Shown: piece by piece, positions 62,997 to 64,000 of the stretch
How positions within the stretch are numbered: position 1 is the first letter of the stretch
Layout of the letters: every line of letters starts with the position of its first letter
Assembly: GCF_963921235.1 (NCBI RefSeq)
Contig: NC_086097.1
Location: forward strand, 98,520,001 to 98,584,000
Source: Mobula hypostoma
Lineage: Eukaryota
Length of the DNA: 64,000 nt
Reading direction: 5' to 3'
Translations under genes and position numbers: made by a program
The notes under the pieces: generated by a model
Seen by the model: the letters and a program-made list of their open reading frames with translations, nothing else
Told to the model about the DNA's origin: nothing
The model's database searches: none

Positions 62997-64000
62997 AATT
63001 GTGGGGAGGATTTTTTTTTAGAAATTCTGGTGTAATCAAGAGGCTAGATTAGGATAAAGTGGGGGAAAAAGGGTGATGGTAGTTACAGAATGGGTGATGC
63101 AACTAGGGATTTAATGAAAGTAGAGATTTAAAAAAAACAAGTAATTCTTTGCATAATGACCTCCACCTCAATTGATTGTCATATGTGTCACATGAAACAA
63201 AGCAGCCAAGGTAGGATGGAACATTCTATGGGAGAGAAGTTTGAAAGAAAAGCCTTCAACTCCAAGTACCAAGTGAGAGGGGTAGTTGAGGAAGAAAGCT
63301 TCTAGAACTAAATAAGCCTTATAAAATGATTATCCTCAGAAAAGAGTACAGAATCTAAATGTTTGTATTTTGACGAGCCTGAATTAGTCAAAGAATTAGG
63401 AAGAGAGGTGAATAAGTGGAACACAGGATATACAATCAATGTGGGAAGGACAGAAGGGATTATAATAAAGGAATTAATTGCTTCACATGTTTGCTCAGAT
63501 CAGGTCTGTATTGTATGTCATAGCTTTAAGAAATGAAATTGTTTCACCACAATTTCACCTGGCTTCTACAACCTTTTATTGGAAGCAGTCTTGCATTAGG
63601 TGAGTCAAGCTGATGCGTTGTTGCAGAAAGTTGAAATTAGAGGACCCACTTGGATAAATATTTTTGACCCAACTATAAAGGGCCCCTGTATGTTTATCAG
63701 AATGAAATTTGACAATCAATTGCCTGTGTTATTTTCTCTGTCCTTTTTCCATTCTTAGTTGACTTTATGAATTCTTTGCAATAGATGCACATATTTCTAT
63801 CCTATTGGCACAATGTATATATCCCTATTTGGCTGCTCAGTATAAATGATGTGCAGGAACTCTGGCATGGATAAGGCATGGATTGTTATTTACATGTGGT
63901 GGTTAAAGGGGATTTAATTGTGCACATGCATTGTTCCAAAAACACAGGTTGCCAGTGTAATCTATGATCTCCGTTCCCATAGATATCAATGAGTAGTGAA

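Overview
Vertebrate nuclear DNA. The repeat mix (CR1, Rex1/Babar, Penelope, RTE, V-SINE, Tigger, Tc1) suggests a cartilaginous fish such as a ray or shark; this is inference. The whole window lies inside the INO80 chromatin-remodeller gene on the + strand. Seven consecutive coding exons (2641-2768, 32065-32159, 41310-41382, 43941-44099, 48012-48114, 53869-53957, 62567-62740) splice in frame with GT-AG boundaries and encode the C-terminal helicase lobe and the start of the tail. The introns are mostly nested, decayed transposons. The most notable observation is a complete HDV-like (CPEB3-type) self-cleaving ribozyme fold at 15779-15963. It starts at the apparent first nucleotide of an RTE retrotransposon, lies in the sense orientation of the 29-kb INO80 intron, and has an unusual extra hairpin in L3. 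Other observations: decayed minimal hammerhead ribozymes in Penelope terminal repeats, a Tigger inserted head-to-head into its own family member with an internal ~345-nt palindrome, a MITE closely resembling mammalian MER2, and candidate poison exons. All repeat family names come from motif recognition, not database searches, and boundaries of old repeats are approximate.
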